From Basidiobolus meristosporus CBS 931.73 (Eukaryota; Fungi; Basidiobolomycota): a DNA stretch of 64,000 bases. Below are positions 62,187-64,000 of this stretch, piece by piece. The DNA is taken from the NCBI GenBank assembly GCA_002104905.1, contig MCFE01000059.1, positions 124,001-188,000 on the forward strand, in the 5' to 3' direction. The notes under the pieces are model-generated. The model made no database searches, was not told the origin of the DNA, and saw only the letters and a list, made by a program, of their open reading frames with translations. The position numbers and the translations under genes are program-made. Within the stretch, counting starts at the first letter, position 1. Each line of letters starts with the position of its first letter.

Positions 62187-64000
62187 AACAACAATAGGCA
62201 ATTCCAGTCACAACCATTTTGTTTGTAAATGACCCCAGATAACACTTCCTCATGCAATTAAGAATATCATGTATTTAAACAAGTATAATCTGAAGTCTTT
62301 CCGATTATCAAATACCCCAACTCACCAACCCCTCCAATATATTCCGTAGTGATTGAAGTTTCTAGCCATAAATTCGCGTTTTCTTGAAGATTACCGGCAT
62401 GCGCCAGAATGTGTTTAGAGATCTTACAAAGTCTTGGATTGAGAAGTAGCTGGATCGCCATGACTAAAAAAAGAGAATGTTTCGAGTTCGAAAGTGGAGA
62501 TAGCTGATTTGTTAAATGACTCGTTGCTTCTTAAGTAGCAACGTCTTCTTTTATTGATGGCTTATAAAATTGTGCTCAACAACGCCAAACTTCGCAAATA
62601 CGGAACCAGAGAACTGTTGTTACTCGTTGCGTTATGGATCAAGCATCCTTCAATCCTTTCTCACCCTTCTGCTCTAGAACCCATGGCGTGTGTGTTGGTT
62701 GCTAATCGATAATATATTTACATTATTCAAATACCAACCAAATGTTGAAGTATCGGATGCTATTAGGTAAGCATAGAGGCCAAAATAGATGGAAGGCATT
62801 GCTGATCAATGAAACGTTACGTATGTGATTAGGTAAGCTTGGTAAGTTGAGCAGATTTGTCATTTAATGAAGATTGGGTAAGAACGAATGATTAATGAAT
62901 CATTGATATGAATCATAACAACATCGCAACTCCGTCTTTACTAAATGCGCGATGCATGGGGGTACTACTTTGCAGTGCGATGTTTCAAGTCTCTGAGAGT
63001 TTCCAACAAGTATTTGTTCCCCTCTCCTGCCTCAAGAACATCCTTTCATCACCTAATAACCCCCAGAGATTGCTATAATATTACATTACCAAGTATCATC
63101 AATATATTAAACCATGTTTAGGGCATCTGATCTCCCCCTGGGCCAAGGTTATATAGCCCACGAATTGACAGTAGTTTCAGTTGGGTAGTCGATGTCTTAT
63201 CGATCAAAAATCATGAACAGTAATAGGACGAATCAGAGGCTATCAATTCAACTATATTGTGAATAGTGCACAGTACGATATTGTACCCCGCAGTGTCTAT
63301 TGGCCTGACCATTTACTGAATCGAGGGTATGTCTACTGTATGACTTTGATAATGTCTTTCTAATCCAAACCTCGCATGGACATCAATCTTCAACTCTCTA
63401 TTGAAATTCCGATGAGCACAGGCATGGATCGAAGGCTGATAAGCTATACAAGTATAGTTAGTCAAGCCCCCGCCATACTTGCATTGATTGGGCGTGATTT
63501 ATAATCACGCATTGTTGATGAGGCTACATGAGCGCAAAGACTAATATATATCACCGGTTCATTGAACATACCATTACAAAGGTAATGTCTCAAGTAACAC
63601 ATATCGGCAGGGTAATCTCATCCAGAATTGCCACAGTTTCCTTAAGCGGCTACTGCCTATAGGTACTAGAACAATTATTGGGGCGTTTGAATCAGTCAGG
63701 GATTCAAGAAAGAGAGAGAATACTCAGGCATGCCTCAGTTTCGTGGAACGTCGGACCAAACTGATCGATATTTCTAGACTTCAAAGCATATACCAAGCAG
63801 GTGACATCGAGTCAATAGATGAAAACCATCAGTGACTCCTCACTCATGGCAAGTCTCCTCTGATGTATAGTTGGTTTGGGCGGTATTGGATTAGTCTCAG
63901 GGATATGGCAACTGTTGCACGAGGCTAGTTTGCAATATTTTTTGGTTCCCGATTTGGTTTTCACTTGTAATAGCTGGATCGAATAAATGTGCCAGTTTTC

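Overview
Eukaryotic, intron-rich fungal DNA. Introns are short GT-AG (mostly 45-110 nt). An early-diverging lineage such as Zoopagomycota/Basidiobolus is plausible from gene content (NEDD1, 7TM-RGS), but this is inference. About 20 protein-coding genes were reconstructed by hand-splicing the ORF track: two tandem TPT-family sugar transporters, a carotenoid oxygenase, an orphan secreted protein, an AA11-like His-brace (LPMO-like) protein, an MFS permease, mitochondrial uL11, an Erf2-like DHHC palmitoyltransferase, Trm5, Cdc25, an ALKBH2-like dioxygenase, a TLDc (Rtc5/MEAK7) protein, a 7TM-RGS protein, a Shg1/BOD1-SGF29 tandem-Tudor fusion, a Crz1-like C2H2 factor, an AA5 glyoxal oxidase, DUF1295, endonuclease III, L2HGDH, NEDD1, a GPI-like surface protein and a heme oxygenase. 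The standout locus is 56.9-62.2 kb. It holds a 10-exon, ~798-aa heme oxygenase with three tandem, apparently catalytically intact HO domains, five N-terminal Cys-Pro motifs and a C-terminal membrane anchor. Upstream are six exact ATCWGATAA sites, the SreA/Fep1-type iron-GATA consensus. Together these suggest an iron-regulated, heme-sensing, multi-active-site heme-degradation module. No tRNA, rRNA, CRISPR or intact mobile element could be supported.
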